A stretch of 64,000 nucleotides of DNA, from assembly GCA_963835065.1 (NCBI GenBank), contig CAWIEK010000041.1:32001-96000 (forward strand). The letters are read 5' to 3'. This document shows positions 19,089-30,100 of the stretch, piece after piece (position 1 is the stretch's first letter; each line of letters begins with the position of its first letter). The DNA is from an uncultured Chthonomonadaceae bacterium (GTDB lineage: Bacteria > Armatimonadota > Chthonomonadetes > Chthonomonadales > Chthonomonadaceae). The position numbers and the translations under genes were made by a program. The notes beneath the pieces are model-generated. The model was given only the letters and a program-made list of their open reading frames with translations. It was not told the origin of the DNA and did no database searches.

Positions 19089-21574
19089 TCAAACAATTTT
19101 ATCCAGCGTGATCGGCAGGTCGCGGACGCGCTTGCCGGTTGCATGGTAAACGGCGTTGGCGACGGCTGCCGCTACGCCCGTAATGCCGATTTCGCCGACG
19201 CCCCGCGCGCCCGGACCGCCGATGTGCGGGTCGGGAATGTCGAGGAAGTAAGTTTCAATGGGCGGAATGTCGGCGTTGACGGGAACATGGTACTCGGCAA
19301 GGTCTCGGTTGAGAATACGCCCCGTGCGCGTGTCGGTAACGGTTTCTTCCAGCAGCGCCATGCCGATGCCCATAATGGTTCCGCCGACAATCTGGCTGTT
19401 GGCGGTTTTCGGGTTGAGGATTTTGCCCACGTCGAACACGTTTACAACTCGCGCAATGCGGATTTCACCGGATTTAGGATTGATATGCACTTCCACGAAC
19501 TGCGCCCCGAACGAGTGAAAGGCATACTTGATCATGTTAGCGTTGGCGTCCGGGTCGGCGGAAATGGTAAGGGCGTCCGGCATGTCGCCGCCCGTCGGGA
19601 TTTTAGGCTGGCTGATGGTGTCACTGTTTCCGCTTCCACTCCCGCTGCCTGCCGTTTGCCCCGATTTCTGACTGTTCCGGCTGTTCTGATTGTGCTGGCT
19701 GCTCTGACTGTCTTTGTTGTCCGGCTTTGCGGCGTGTTTGTCGGTTTGGCGGGCGTCGGGCTTGCTTTTGTTTTCTTCCTGCTTGCCCTGCATTTCCGAG
19801 GTTGCCGTTGGCGCGTTGATGACGACTTCCACAGACGGCTGGCCGGAACCTTTTACCACGTCCGCAAAGGACATGAATTTGTCCGCCTGCCCGCGAACAA
19901 CCAATTTGCCGTCTATGGCCTGCACTTCGCTTGGCGACCTGCCGGACAGAGGAGAATTGGCATCTTTGCATGGCAAGCGTCACGAGTTTGTCTATCAGGG
20001 CGCGGGCTGCGCGCTGCACGGCGGGAGCGACGCTGGCAACGGTTTGTGATCCACCAGAAACGGGCGCGGGCGGCAGGCTGGAATCGCCCAACATAAACGT
20101 AACCTGTTCGATGGGCAGGCCGAGGGCGTCCGCCGCCACCTGCGCCATAACCGTATATGTGCCCGTGCCAATATCCTGCGTGGCGCTTGACACAACCACG
20201 CGGCCATCCGGGGAAATGGAAGCGCGGGCGGACGCGGGCGAGCGCAGGGCAGGATAGGTGGCGGTTGCCATGCCCATGCCGACCAGCCAGCCGTCCGCCG
20301 TTTTCATCGAACCGGGCATCGGGTTGCGCCGGTTCCAGCCGAACTTGTTCATGCCCAGGCGGTAGCAGGCGATCAAATATTTACTCGACCAGGGCTGCCC
20401 GGTTTGCGGGTGCGCGTCGGCATGGTTACGGATGCGCAGTTGAACCGGGTCAATCTGCATTTCGTAGGCCAGTTCGTCCAGCGCGGACTCCAGCGCGAAC
20501 GTGCCGGGGGATTCACCGGGCGCGCGCATGGGCGTAGGCGTACTCCGGTTCAAACGCGCAAGGGTGTGCGACACTTCCAGATTGGGGCAGGCGTACAGCA
20601 TTTTCGTGGTTAGACCCGGCGGCTCGCAGAACTCGTCCACTTCCGAGGTGTGCGTGACCGTGTGATGCCGGATGCCCATCAGACTGCCGTTGGCGTCCGC
20701 GCCCAATGAAATTTGTTGTACCGTTCGCGCCCGGTAGCCATTCGACGTGAACATCTGCTGCCGCGTGACGGCGATTTTCACCGGGCGGCCCACTTTGCGC
20801 GCCGCGGCGGCCGCCAGAATGGGAGGCCACCACGTCAGCCCCTTGCTGCCGAACCCGCCGCCCACATACGGCGAAACGATTTTCACCTGATTCGGGCGAA
20901 ATGCCCAATGCCTGCGCGCAAATGATGCGGCTGGCAACCACGCCCTGCGCGGAGTCGTACAGCGTCAGATGGTCCCCGTCCCAAACCGCAATCGTGGCGT
21001 GGGGTTCCATCGGATTGTGATGCTCGACGGGCGTACTGTACGTCTGCTCGATCTGCACGGCGGATTGCGCCAGCCCTTCAGTCGGGTTCGCGCGCCGGGT
21101 TTGCAGGTCTTCAAAGCCGAAGAACTTGGCGGGCTTGTACGCCCGGTTCATGCCCTGCTCGATTTCCACAACCGGCTTTTGCGCTGCATACATGACTTCC
21201 ACGAGGTCGGCGGCATGTTGGGCGTGTTCCAGCGTATCGGCAATCACAAGCGCGATGTGCTGTCCGTTGTAATGAATCGCATCCGTTTGCAGAGGAACGA
21301 ACAGTTCACCCGGCTTGCTGCCCCCCGCGCCGTTCGGGTCGGGCATGTTCAAGCGCGGCATATTCTGGTAGGTGAAAACAGCAAGCACACCCGGCGCGGC
21401 CTGCGCCGCGTTGGTATTAAGTGACGCAATGCGCCCCTTGCTAATAACACTTTGCACCAAAACGCCGTGCGCCAGATTGTCTATGTTATGTTCCGCCGCG
21501 TAGGTGGCGGTTCCGGTCACTTTCGCGCGCCCGTCCACGCGGTCTACGGGCTGTCCGATAGTTCCAAAGCTCAT
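19089..21574 (-). CDS. Xanthine dehydrogenase-family Mo-binding subunit (PaoC/YagR-like) copy 2, frameshifts near 20885 and 19975
   Basis: RVDGRAKVTG, HNPMEP, VGGGFGSKG, MRAPGE, QDIGTGTYT and GARGVGEIGITG across three ORF pieces. Confidence 0.9.
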
Positions 21575-21636
21575 GTCGGCCTCCTGTTCGCATCAGCACC
21601 GTTCAAATAAAGCGGTTGCCACCTCCAAAACAAGTT

Positions 21637-21746
21637 CGTAGGGACACAACATGTTTGTGTCCTCCTCCGGCAGAGGCGTGTCCTCCGGTAGATGAGAGCG
21701 CGGACACAACATTGCCAATGCGGACACAACATGTTGTGTCCCTACG
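21637..21746. repeat. GTAG-type REP doublet (REPIN-like)
   Basis: CGTAGGGACACAACATGTTTGTGTCC ... GGACACAACATGTTGTGTCCCTACG in inverted orientation. Confidence 0.7.
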
Positions 21747-21772
21747 AAGTTTCATCTGAAGCGCTGATGCTG

Positions 21773-22759
21773 TTATGCCATGCTGCTGACAACGGCAAGG
21801 CCGCGAACAATAGTACGCCTGGCGAGTTCCACTTTGAAACCGTTGTACTTGTACTTTTTTGCGCCATGCAGGGCTATGTCCGCCGCCATTTTGAAGGAGG
21901 CTTCGTTGGCGGGCTTGCCGGTCAAGGCTTTTTCCGCGTCCAGCGCGCGCCAGGGCTTGTGCGCTACGCCGCCAAGAACCAGGCGGCAATTTGCAATCGT
22001 GCCGTTCTGCACGTCCAATGCCGCCGCAACGGACACGAGCGCGAACGCATAACTGGCGCGGTCACGCACCTTGATGTAATGGGAACGCGCCGCCCAGGGC
22101 ATCGCGGGCAGTTCGACGTGCGTAATCAGTTCGCCATGTTCCAAAATGGTTTCAATGTGGGGCGTGTCACCGGGCAACAGATGAAACTCCGCGATGGGAA
22201 TACGCCGAACACCCTTCGCCCCCTGCGTGACGACAACCGCGTCCAGCGCGTACATGGCAACGGCCATATCGGACGGGTGCGTGGCGATGCACTTGTTGCT
22301 CGTGCCCAAAATGGCGTGGATGCGATTGAAGCCTTCCAGAGCGGAACAGCCCGACCCCGGCTCGCGCTTGTTGCAGGGCGTGGCCGTGTCGCGGAAATAG
22401 TAGCAGCGCGTCCGCTGCAGCAGATTGCCGCCCGTTGTCGCCATGTTGCGCAATTGCGCCGACGCGCCCGCCAGTATCGCTTCCGACAGCACGGGGTAAC
22501 TTTTGCGTATGGTTTCATCATGCGCCAGGTCGCTGTTGCGAACCAGCGTTCCGATACGAACGCCGCCGCCCGGCAGGGTTTCTATCTTGTTTAAGGGCAG
22601 GCCGTTTACATCAATCAGACGCTGCGGTGTTTCCACATTCAGTTTGATGTTGTCAATCAGGTTGGTTCCGCCCGCCAGAAACGTCGCCTGCGGGTTGGGG
22701 GCGACTTCGGCGACGGCTCCGTTCGCGTCCGCTGCGCGCATGTAGGAAAAAGGCTGCAT
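21773..22759 (-). CDS. FAD-binding subunit (PaoB/YagS-like)
   Basis: LAGGTNLID, GASAQLRNMATTGGNLLQRTRCYYF, CNKREPGSGC, HPSD and KVRDRASYAFALVSVA. Confidence 0.93.
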   Translation of the reverse strand: MQPFSYMRAADANGAVAEVAPNPQATFLAGGTNLIDNIKLNVETPQRLIDVNGLPLNKIETLPGGGVRIGTLVRNSDLAHDETIRKSYPVLSEAILAGASAQLRNMATTGGNLLQRTRCYYFRDTATPCNKREPGSGCSALEGFNRIHAILGTSNKCIATHPSDMAVAMYALDAVVVTQGAKGVRRIPIAEFHLLPGDTPHIETILEHGELITHVELPAMPWAARSHYIKVRDRASYAFALVSVAAALDVQNGTIANCRLVLGGVAHKPWRALDAEKALTGKPANEASFKMAADIALHGAKKYKYNGFKVELARRTIVRGLAVVSSMA

Positions 22760-22761
22760 GG

Positions 22762-23511
22762 CTAAGATTTCCCTTCCTGCTTGTGCTTGTCGTCCATCAC
22801 GCTCTGGATGGCCGCAACGATGTTGGGGTACGCCCCGCACCGGCAGATGTTGCCGCTCATTTGTTCGCGGATGTCAGCCGGGGTTTTGGCCGTGTTTTCG
22901 CTGACAACGGCAACCGCCGACATAATTTGTCCCGGCGTACAGTAGCCGCATTGAAAACCATCGTGGGCGATGAACGCGGACTGCATCGGGTGCAGATTAT
23001 CGCCGTCCGCCAGACCCTCAATCGTGGTGATTTTCTGTCCCTGGCACATAATGGCAAGCGTCAGGCAGCTATTAACGCGCCTGCCGTCAATGTGAACGGT
23101 ACACGCGCCGCACTGTCCGTGATCGCAGCCTTTTTTCGTGCCGGTCAAGTGCAGGCGTTCGCGCAGGGCGTCCAAAAGCGTGACGCGCGGTTCCAAAGAA
23201 AGCATTTGTTCCTTGCCATTGATGTTGAGCGTTATGTCAACTGGCGCGACGGGGGGCGCAGCCGCGCGAACGGGCGCATGCGCGACAACGGGGTTTGCCC
23301 CGGCCTCGCTTTCCAGCAGCAAGGGCGCGACGGCAAGACTGGCGCCCACGCCCGCCGCGCCCGCCAGAAATTCCCGGCGCGAGGGCGCATTGCCGGATAT
23401 AGTAGGTTCGGTATCCGGCTTCAAATCCAGAATATGCGGGCGTGAATGCGCGCGTTCCTCCGCTTCGGTTGTGAGCGGGTCCTGTAAATTGTTGTTTTCC
23501 AGTTCTTCCAA
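22762..23511 (-). CDS. (2Fe-2S) subunit (PaoA/YagT-like) with Tat signal
   Basis: SRREFLAG, KKGCDHGQCGAC, FQCGYCTPGQ and NICRCGAY. GGAGG SD before a TTG start. Confidence 0.92.
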   Translation of the reverse strand: MEELENNNLQDPLTTEAEERAHSRPHILDLKPDTEPTISGNAPSRREFLAGAAGVGASLAVAPLLLESEAGANPVVAHAPVRAAAPPVAPVDITLNINGKEQMLSLEPRVTLLDALRERLHLTGTKKGCDHGQCGACTVHIDGRRVNSCLTLAIMCQGQKITTIEGLADGDNLHPMQSAFIAHDGFQCGYCTPGQIMSAVAVVSENTAKTPADIREQMSGNICRCGAYPNIVAAIQSVMDDKHKQEGKS

Positions 23512-23643
23512 TTGGGAAACCTCCGCGTTGGCGACACATAAATCGAAGGGCAGATCAAGAGCGGAATGGGGTAGTGCCTATATTTGGAATTACGCGCCGG
23601 TATAAAGGATTGGTTCATCAGGCGCTGGTTATATATCGAAATA

Positions 23644-23752
23644 CAGGTGTTCAGGTATTTGGGATTAAGTGATTCGGATGTTAGGATGTAGATGAGGTTT
23701 CTGATGCCTAATCTCTGAATCTCTAATGCCTAATGCCCAATGCCTGATGCCT
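23644..23752. repeat. Degenerate heptamer repeats (TGATGCC/TAATGCC type)
   Basis: CTGATGCCTAATCTCTGAATCTCTAATGCCTAATGCCCAATGCCTGATGCC, preceded by loosely complementary G/T-rich units. Confidence 0.55.
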
Positions 23753-23786
23753 TCTCTGTTCGGAGGAACTCTGGTACAATAATGGT

Positions 23787-24794
23787 ATGAAATTACCACT
23801 CTTCTTTGGACGCTGTTTGCTGGCGGGAATGGGCGTGGCGCTGCTGCTGACGAGCGCGGTTTTGCTGGGCGCGAGCGTGTTCGGCAGTTGGCGGTTTGTG
23901 CTGGGATGGACGTTTCATCTTGTCGGGCAGGCTTGCTGTCTGAGTATGTTGTGCCTGCCCGGATGGTGGCGTTTGGCTTCGCAACAGCGCGCAACGCGGC
24001 TGACGGGGCAAAAGGACGCTTCACGGCTGGCGTCTGTAGGCGCTATTCGCCCGGCGCGTTTCCGCCCGGAAGCGCAAATTCTACGCCTGCTGGCAGCAGG
24101 GGGCGCGGTGTTTATAATGTTATGCGCGCTGACAGTGGGCGCTATCGGACTGCGCAATCTGCTGCGCCTGCGCGAACATGGCGTTATGACGCTTGCCACA
24201 ATCACGGGAACCACGTTCCGCGAAGCCGGCCCGATGCTGACCGTGACGTATGCGTTTGTCACGCCGCATGGCCTGCCCGTGACGGACACGTTTCGCGCGC
24301 CCCGGCATTTGCTGCAATCCTTGCGCACAGGCAACACTCTGCCGGTCACGTACCTGCCTTCCGACCCCGCTGTCCATACCTTGCAGCGCGTGGATAATGG
24401 CCTGGTGGCGCGGCATTTCCTGTCGGGAGTGGCGGTATTACTCACGCTTGCCGCGTATATTGGGCTTCCCCTGTTGCTGGTTGAGCGGCGATTGCGCAGG
24501 CAATTGCGATTGGCGCGCGTCGGCGTGGGCGTGACGGGCAGCATCGTGGTCTGCAAGCCGCTCCTGTGGCGCAAAAAGAAACGCGGCTACCTGCTGACGT
24601 ATGCCTTCGCCACACCGGGCCGTCAGGTGTTCATCGGGCGCGCGCTGATTCCCTACATCCCGGATGAGCCGACCCTGCCGGGCTTTCCGCTCACGGTTTT
24701 GTACGACCCTCTGGTTCCCGGCATCAGCCTGCCCCTCGCCGCCTTCCACACCGTCGAACTGCCCAACATCCGCAAAACGGTTCTGGCGGCGTAA
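23787..24794 (+). CDS. Membrane protein with two DUF3592-like domains
   Basis: TM helices each followed by G....A/G.I....(V/L)TYAF.TP.G....(V/L).Y.P..P modules. Confidence 0.7.
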   Translation: MKLPLFFGRCLLAGMGVALLLTSAVLLGASVFGSWRFVLGWTFHLVGQACCLSMLCLPGWWRLASQQRATRLTGQKDASRLASVGAIRPARFRPEAQILRLLAAGGAVFIMLCALTVGAIGLRNLLRLREHGVMTLATITGTTFREAGPMLTVTYAFVTPHGLPVTDTFRAPRHLLQSLRTGNTLPVTYLPSDPAVHTLQRVDNGLVARHFLSGVAVLLTLAAYIGLPLLLVERRLRRQLRLARVGVGVTGSIVVCKPLLWRKKKRGYLLTYAFATPGRQVFIGRALIPYIPDEPTLPGFPLTVLYDPLVPGISLPLAAFHTVELPNIRKTVLAA

Positions 24795-24801
24795 ACCAAT
24801 C

Positions 24802-24902
24802 TGTCTTGAACTATGATTTCTGTGATTTGCAGGATTACCATGATTGAGAAGACGCACCGTCATGGTAATCATAACAATCATGTGAAATCATGGTTCAAGA
24901 CA
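24802..24902. repeat. Intergenic inverted-repeat element
   Basis: TGTCTTGAACTATGATTTC versus GAAATCATGGTTCAAGACA (18/19), with inner GATTACCATGA/TCATGGTAATC. Confidence 0.65.
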
Positions 24903-24999
24903 ATGCCGCCGTTAAGCAAGGCCACAGTCATACACGATAAAATCAAAGGACTGCGCCGTGAAGCGCTGCCCTCTATCACAAAGACGAGGAGGCAACAAC

Positions 25000-25554
25000 T
25001 TGCTTAAAGGGGAACGAGTGACATTGCGCGCTTGCGAGCGCGAGGATTTGCCGCGCCTGCACGAATTCAACAACGATTTGGAAGTGGAATTATTGGGCGG
25101 CGGGGATGCGCCCAAACCGAAATCCCGCGAACAGATGCAGGCGCAGTTCGAGGAGCGCGAAAAATCCGACAAGCCGCGCCCGCAGGTCGTGGGCGATTTT
25201 GTCATCGAAGCGGATGGCAAGGTCATTGGGATGTGCGGACTGTGGCGCTATGACCCGACGGCTTCCACCTGCGCGATGGGCATTGGCATCGGCGACCGCG
25301 AGTATTGGGGCAAGCATTACGGGCGCGAAGCCATCGGCCTGCTGCTGGATTATGCGTTTCGCGTCCACAACCTGCGGCGCGTATGGCTGGACACATCGAG
25401 CGCCAACCCGCGCGCCTTGCGCTGCTATGTGGCCTGCGGTTTCGTGGAAGAGGGCCGATTGCGCCAGCACGACTGGAACAACGGACAGTACGTAGACCGC
25501 GTATATATGGGCATACTGCGCGATGAGTACGAAGCAAGCATAAATGTGAAGTAA
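25000..25554 (+). CDS. GNAT acetyltransferase, RimJ/RimL-like
   Basis: LKGERVTLR, GIGIGDREYWGKHYGREAI and NPRALRCY..GFVEEGRLR. GAGGAGG SD before TTG. Confidence 0.9.
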   Translation: MLKGERVTLRACEREDLPRLHEFNNDLEVELLGGGDAPKPKSREQMQAQFEEREKSDKPRPQVVGDFVIEADGKVIGMCGLWRYDPTASTCAMGIGIGDREYWGKHYGREAIGLLLDYAFRVHNLRRVWLDTSSANPRALRCYVACGFVEEGRLRQHDWNNGQYVDRVYMGILRDEYEASINVK

Positions 25555-25580
25555 GTGTAAAGGACATTTCCGGCCTGCGC

Positions 25581-26591
25581 ATGGACAATGAGAACGAGAG
25601 CCAACCTGCCGCGCCGCATGACGCCGACGTACCCCTGCCGGAACAAAGGACACCCAACATTCCGCCACAAGCAGACAATGTTGATGTTACGCATACCGTA
25701 TGGGAAGCGCATAGCCGGGAAGCCGGACTGCGCCGCGCGGCGTTGAAGCGTTTGCAGCGCATGGGCGTGGCAGGCCTCGAACCTCTGCTTCAATTGCTGC
25801 AGGAACACATGAGTCGGCGGCGGCGCGTCCGTATGGTTGTGACGACGCTTGCCTGGCTGTTGCTGCCGGTCTCGCTGCTCATGGCTCCCGGCCTGCTGCT
25901 GAGTATCTGCATGGGCGGCAATGCGGTTTTCTTTGGTATCGCCTTTGTTGTCTGGATTGCCAACTGGGTCTTGTTCGTGATGCGCTCACGCCTTCCCATG
26001 ACGGCGCGGCAGCGTGAAATCGTGGATATATTCGCTGACATCCATGATTTGCGCGCCATTTGCCCCCTGCTGGACGCCCTGAGTTTGCAGCCGGAAAACG
26101 ATCCGCCTATGCTACGCGAAACCTTGAAGCGTCTGCTGACGCAGGCGCGCGCCTCGGATGCCGGCCTGTTCACTCCGCGCCAGCGTTCCATTCTGTACCG
26201 GGAACTGATTACGAAAAGCCGCCATCCCGCGCAGTACGGTTTCATCCTTGCCATCCTTAAAGCATTGGAGCAAATCGGAACCACAAGCGCGATTCCCTAC
26301 GTGGCGGAACTGGCGCAGCGCGCTTATCCCCGCCCTGCCCCCCTCGAGGTGCGGGAAGCGGCATACCGTTGTGCGGAGTATCTGCGCGACCATGCGGGGG
26401 AACTGACAACCCGCCAAACCCTGCTGCGCGCCTCCGCCCCCAATCAATCCCGAACGGAAACCCTGTTACGCCCCGCGCAGGAGCCGGAAACGTCCCGCCC
26501 GGAAACCCTGCTGCGCCCCGATATGTCCCCGCCTGCTAATTCCTCTACTCCTTCTGATACACAGCCGCCTGATGCGCCTCCTGCGCCGTAG
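25581..26591 (+). CDS. Membrane protein with HEAT-like repeats and TLLR(A/P) tail repeats
   Basis: Two TM segments, DLRAICPLLDAL, ILKALEQIG..AIPYV, and TLLRA/TLLRP three times. Confidence 0.75.
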   Translation: MDNENESQPAAPHDADVPLPEQRTPNIPPQADNVDVTHTVWEAHSREAGLRRAALKRLQRMGVAGLEPLLQLLQEHMSRRRRVRMVVTTLAWLLLPVSLLMAPGLLLSICMGGNAVFFGIAFVVWIANWVLFVMRSRLPMTARQREIVDIFADIHDLRAICPLLDALSLQPENDPPMLRETLKRLLTQARASDAGLFTPRQRSILYRELITKSRHPAQYGFILAILKALEQIGTTSAIPYVAELAQRAYPRPAPLEVREAAYRCAEYLRDHAGELTTRQTLLRASAPNQSRTETLLRPAQEPETSRPETLLRPDMSPPANSSTPSDTQPPDAPPAP

Positions 26592-26663
26592 GCCATAAAA
26601 TGAGGAACGTCCATATTCCCGCCGCTTACCCCGTAATTTTTCGTGAAAATTTGCACAGAACTC

Positions 26664-26693
26664 TTGACGCTCTTTTGAACCGTGTGCCATAAT
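26664..26693 (+). promoter_or_regulatory. Sigma70-type promoter upstream of the Rhs locus
   Basis: TTGACG-N18-CATAAT with an extended TG. Confidence 0.5.
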
Positions 26694-26824
26694 ATGTCAT
26701 TAACATCAATCACCATGCAACACCGCGTCATTGATGTGACAGCGAACCTTCCACGTTGTAGTTTGCTCCTGTTTGACGGCGGTGTTCTTGTTCCGTATAT
26801 TTTTAACGGAGAGGGACTACTTGC

Positions 26825-27049
26825 ATGATGCTTCCTGTTTTTACACGCCCTCGCTTGCTTGCCGCAAGCGCCTTGCTGTGCGCTGCCCTTTCGGGCTGTC
26901 GGCAGCCGTCTGTACCTTCCGCCGTTGTACCTGTCTCTGTACAGGCGAATAGTCGTACCACACCAACCCGTATCTTCTCCACCACACATGTTCAATCGCT
27001 GCCGCTGTACCGTCAGGCGCAACAGGCTTGTTCCCATCGGAGCGTATAG
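26825..27049 (+). pseudogene. Short or truncated lipoprotein upstream of Rhs
   Basis: SD GGAGAGG and lipobox LSGC. The ORF stops just after the helical segment PLYRQAQQAC. Confidence 0.45.
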
Positions 27050-27152
27050 CGCAATATGCGGCTCGTTGTGGTTCTGTTCCCGGCAAATCCCGGTAGGTTC
27101 CTTCCACGTCCAGCGCGGCCCTTGATTGTCGCGTTGTATTTCCTGCCCTCGT

Positions 27153-30100
27153 ATGGCAGAAGAAAGGAACATTGCCTTGGTAAGCAACACACAGGAAAGC
27201 GAAATCCAATCGCTTTCGCAACAACAAAGCAGAGTGGCCCGCTCCGGTTGGCTGCGCCGCGCCGCTCTGTTGACTTCGGTTTCTTTCGCGTGGAGTTTTG
27301 TGCTGGCCCCGCCTGCGCTTGCCCTCGCGCATTCCCCGCGACAAGACCGCGTCGGCGTCCGCCTGCTCACGCCGGAACAGATGCGGCGTATGTGGGGGCG
27401 GCAGACAAAGCCACAGGCCCATGCCGTTTCGGTGGCTGCCGCGCCCGGCGACACCTTCCCCTGGGAGGGCAGCGCGGGCGACGCCAACACGGGCAACGGC
27501 AACAAGCAGACGGAAATTCCCCTTGTCGGCTGGACACAGAAGGGCGGCATGCCGGTCAATCTGACGCTCACCCATAACAGCGAAACCAACCGCAATGCCG
27601 AGTTGGGCTACAAGTGGAGCCACAGCTACGACATCTACCTGATGAGCAGCGGCGGTAACAGTGGAGGAGGAACCGGCGGCAGTGGCGGCACAGGCGGTTT
27701 TGCGCAGGCAGGTACGGCTCCCAACGCGCCCGGTGGCGGCGGCGGAACGGGAGGCGGCGGCGCGTTCGCGTCGGGCAGCAATCTTACGGTTCATTGGGGC
27801 GATGACCTGTCGTACCCGTTCGCCAACAACGGCAGCAATGCGTTTGCCGCGCCGACGGGCATTCACGACACGCTGGTTCAGAACGTGGACGGCACGTTCA
27901 CGCTGACCAAAACCAGTCAGGTCAAGTACCACTTCAATGCCGCGCTGTACTGCGACAGTATCACCGACCCGAACGGCAACAGCCTCAGCATTGCCCGCAA
28001 CGCGGCAAGGTATGTCACGAGTGTCACCGACGTAAGCGGGCGCAGCCTCACCTTCGGCTATGACGGCAGCAATCGGATCACGTCCGTGACCGATCCGCTT
28101 AACCGAGTGTGGACGCTGGCGTATGATGGCAGTGGCAACCTGGCTTCGGTCAGCCTGCCGGTTCTGAACGGCGCGACCTATACCTATGCGTTCCTTTACG
28201 ACGCCAACCACTGCCTGACGGATCTGAAAACGCCGAAAGGCAATCATTCCACGTTCGGCTACAATGGGGATGGCAGCGTGGCATGGGAACAGGACGCGAT
28301 GGGCAACCAGACGGCCTTTGCCTACCAGAGCGGCCTGACAACGATCACGGACGCCAACGGCCACGCGACCACGCACACGTACACCAACGGGCTTTTGACC
28401 CGCGTGACGGACGCATTGGGCTACCACGAGGATTACCAGTACGATGCGTCCAACAACAAAACACAGGTGAGCGACAAGCGCGGCTTTGCGTGGAACTTCA
28501 CCTTCGACGGCAGTGGCAACCTGCTGACAAGCAAAGACCCCTACCTCAACACCACGACAACAGCCTACAACGCCAAGAACAAGCCGCTGACGGTCACTCT
28601 GCCGTCGGGACGGCAGACGGTCAACACTTATGACGGCAGCGGCGTTCGCGTGACGCTTGCGCAGCAGAAAGCCGCCAACGGTACAGTGGTTTCTTCCACT
28701 TCCTTCGCGTACAACGCGGACGGAACCGTTGCCGGTAAGACCGATGCCAACAGCCATACCACGAGCTACGGTTACGATGGGAATGGCAACCTGACCAGCG
28801 TGACCACGCCCCTCGGCCATGCCACCACGTTCGGCTACAATGCGCTTGGCGCGCAAACGAGCAAGACCGATGCGCTGAACCGGACGACGATCTACACCCT
28901 CGACGCCTGGAACCGCACAGTTGCCATCACGTATCCCGACAGCACCACTAAAACGCTGGCCTACGATGCGGACGGCAACCTGACCGGTTTCACGGACGCA
29001 ACCGGCACAACCACGCGCAGCTACGATGCCGACAATCGCCTGCTCTCAGAAAGCAAGAACGGCGCTGCCGTCGTCAGTCACACGTATGACGCGACGGGGC
29101 AGAAGGGCTTGCTGTCCACCACAACCGACGCCAACGGGCGGGTTCTGACATACTCCTATACGAGCCGCAATGAACTTGGCGGCGTGAGCGAAGCGGCAGG
29201 CGCGGTCAGCTACGCCTACGATGCGGACGGCCACGAAACGGGTATTAGCAACCCCAACGGAACCGTCGTCAGCAAGAGCTATGACAATGCCGGGCAGCTT
29301 ACGAGTGTGGTGAACAAGACCGGCAGCGGCAGCGTTCTGTCTTCCTTCTCTTACACGCTGGACGTGGACGGCAGGCGCGCGGCGGTTGGGGAAGCGGACG
29401 GCAGCAGCGTCAGCTATGGTTATGACGGCGCGGGGCGGCTGACAAGCGAAACCCGCAGCGGAACCGGCGCATACAGCCTGTCGTATGTGCTGGACGGGGC
29501 AGGCAACCGCCTGAGCCAGACGAGCAGCAATGGCACAACCACGTTCGCTTATGACAGCGACGACGAACTGCTGTCCACAAGCGGCGTGTTCACCAACAGC
29601 TATGGCTACAACGCCAATGGCGAGCAGACCACGCGCACACTGAACGGCACGACCTACAATCTGGCGTTCGACTTTGACGGGCAGATCAGCAGCATCGCGC
29701 AGGGCGCAAACGTGGTCAGCTTCGCCTATGATGCGGCAGGGCGGCGCGTGAGCCGGACGGCAGGCGGGACAACGACCAACTTCCTGTACGATGGCGGGCA
29801 AGTTCTGCTGGAAACGCAGGGAAGCAGCACGACAGCGACGTACACGTATGGCAACGCGCTTGTCAGGAAGGATGGCGAGTTCCCGCTCTTCGACGGACAG
29901 GGCAGCGAGCGAACGGTGACGAACAGCAGCCAATCGGTGCAGGGCAGCATCGTCTACAACGCTTTCGGGCAGACGGTTTCCAGCACCGGCAGCAGCACAA
30001 GTCCCTACCTGTACGCGGCGACAAGCGGGTACAGGAACGATGGCGATGCCGGACTGAGCCATGTGGGAGCGAGGTACTACGACGCGCAAGTAGGCCGCTT

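Noticed and set aside
26841..28856. Long antisense ORFs (also 29046-30389, 37053-38846, 47056-49056, 51064-52662)
   Set aside because: They are shadows of GC-rich genes on the other strand with no recognisable motifs.
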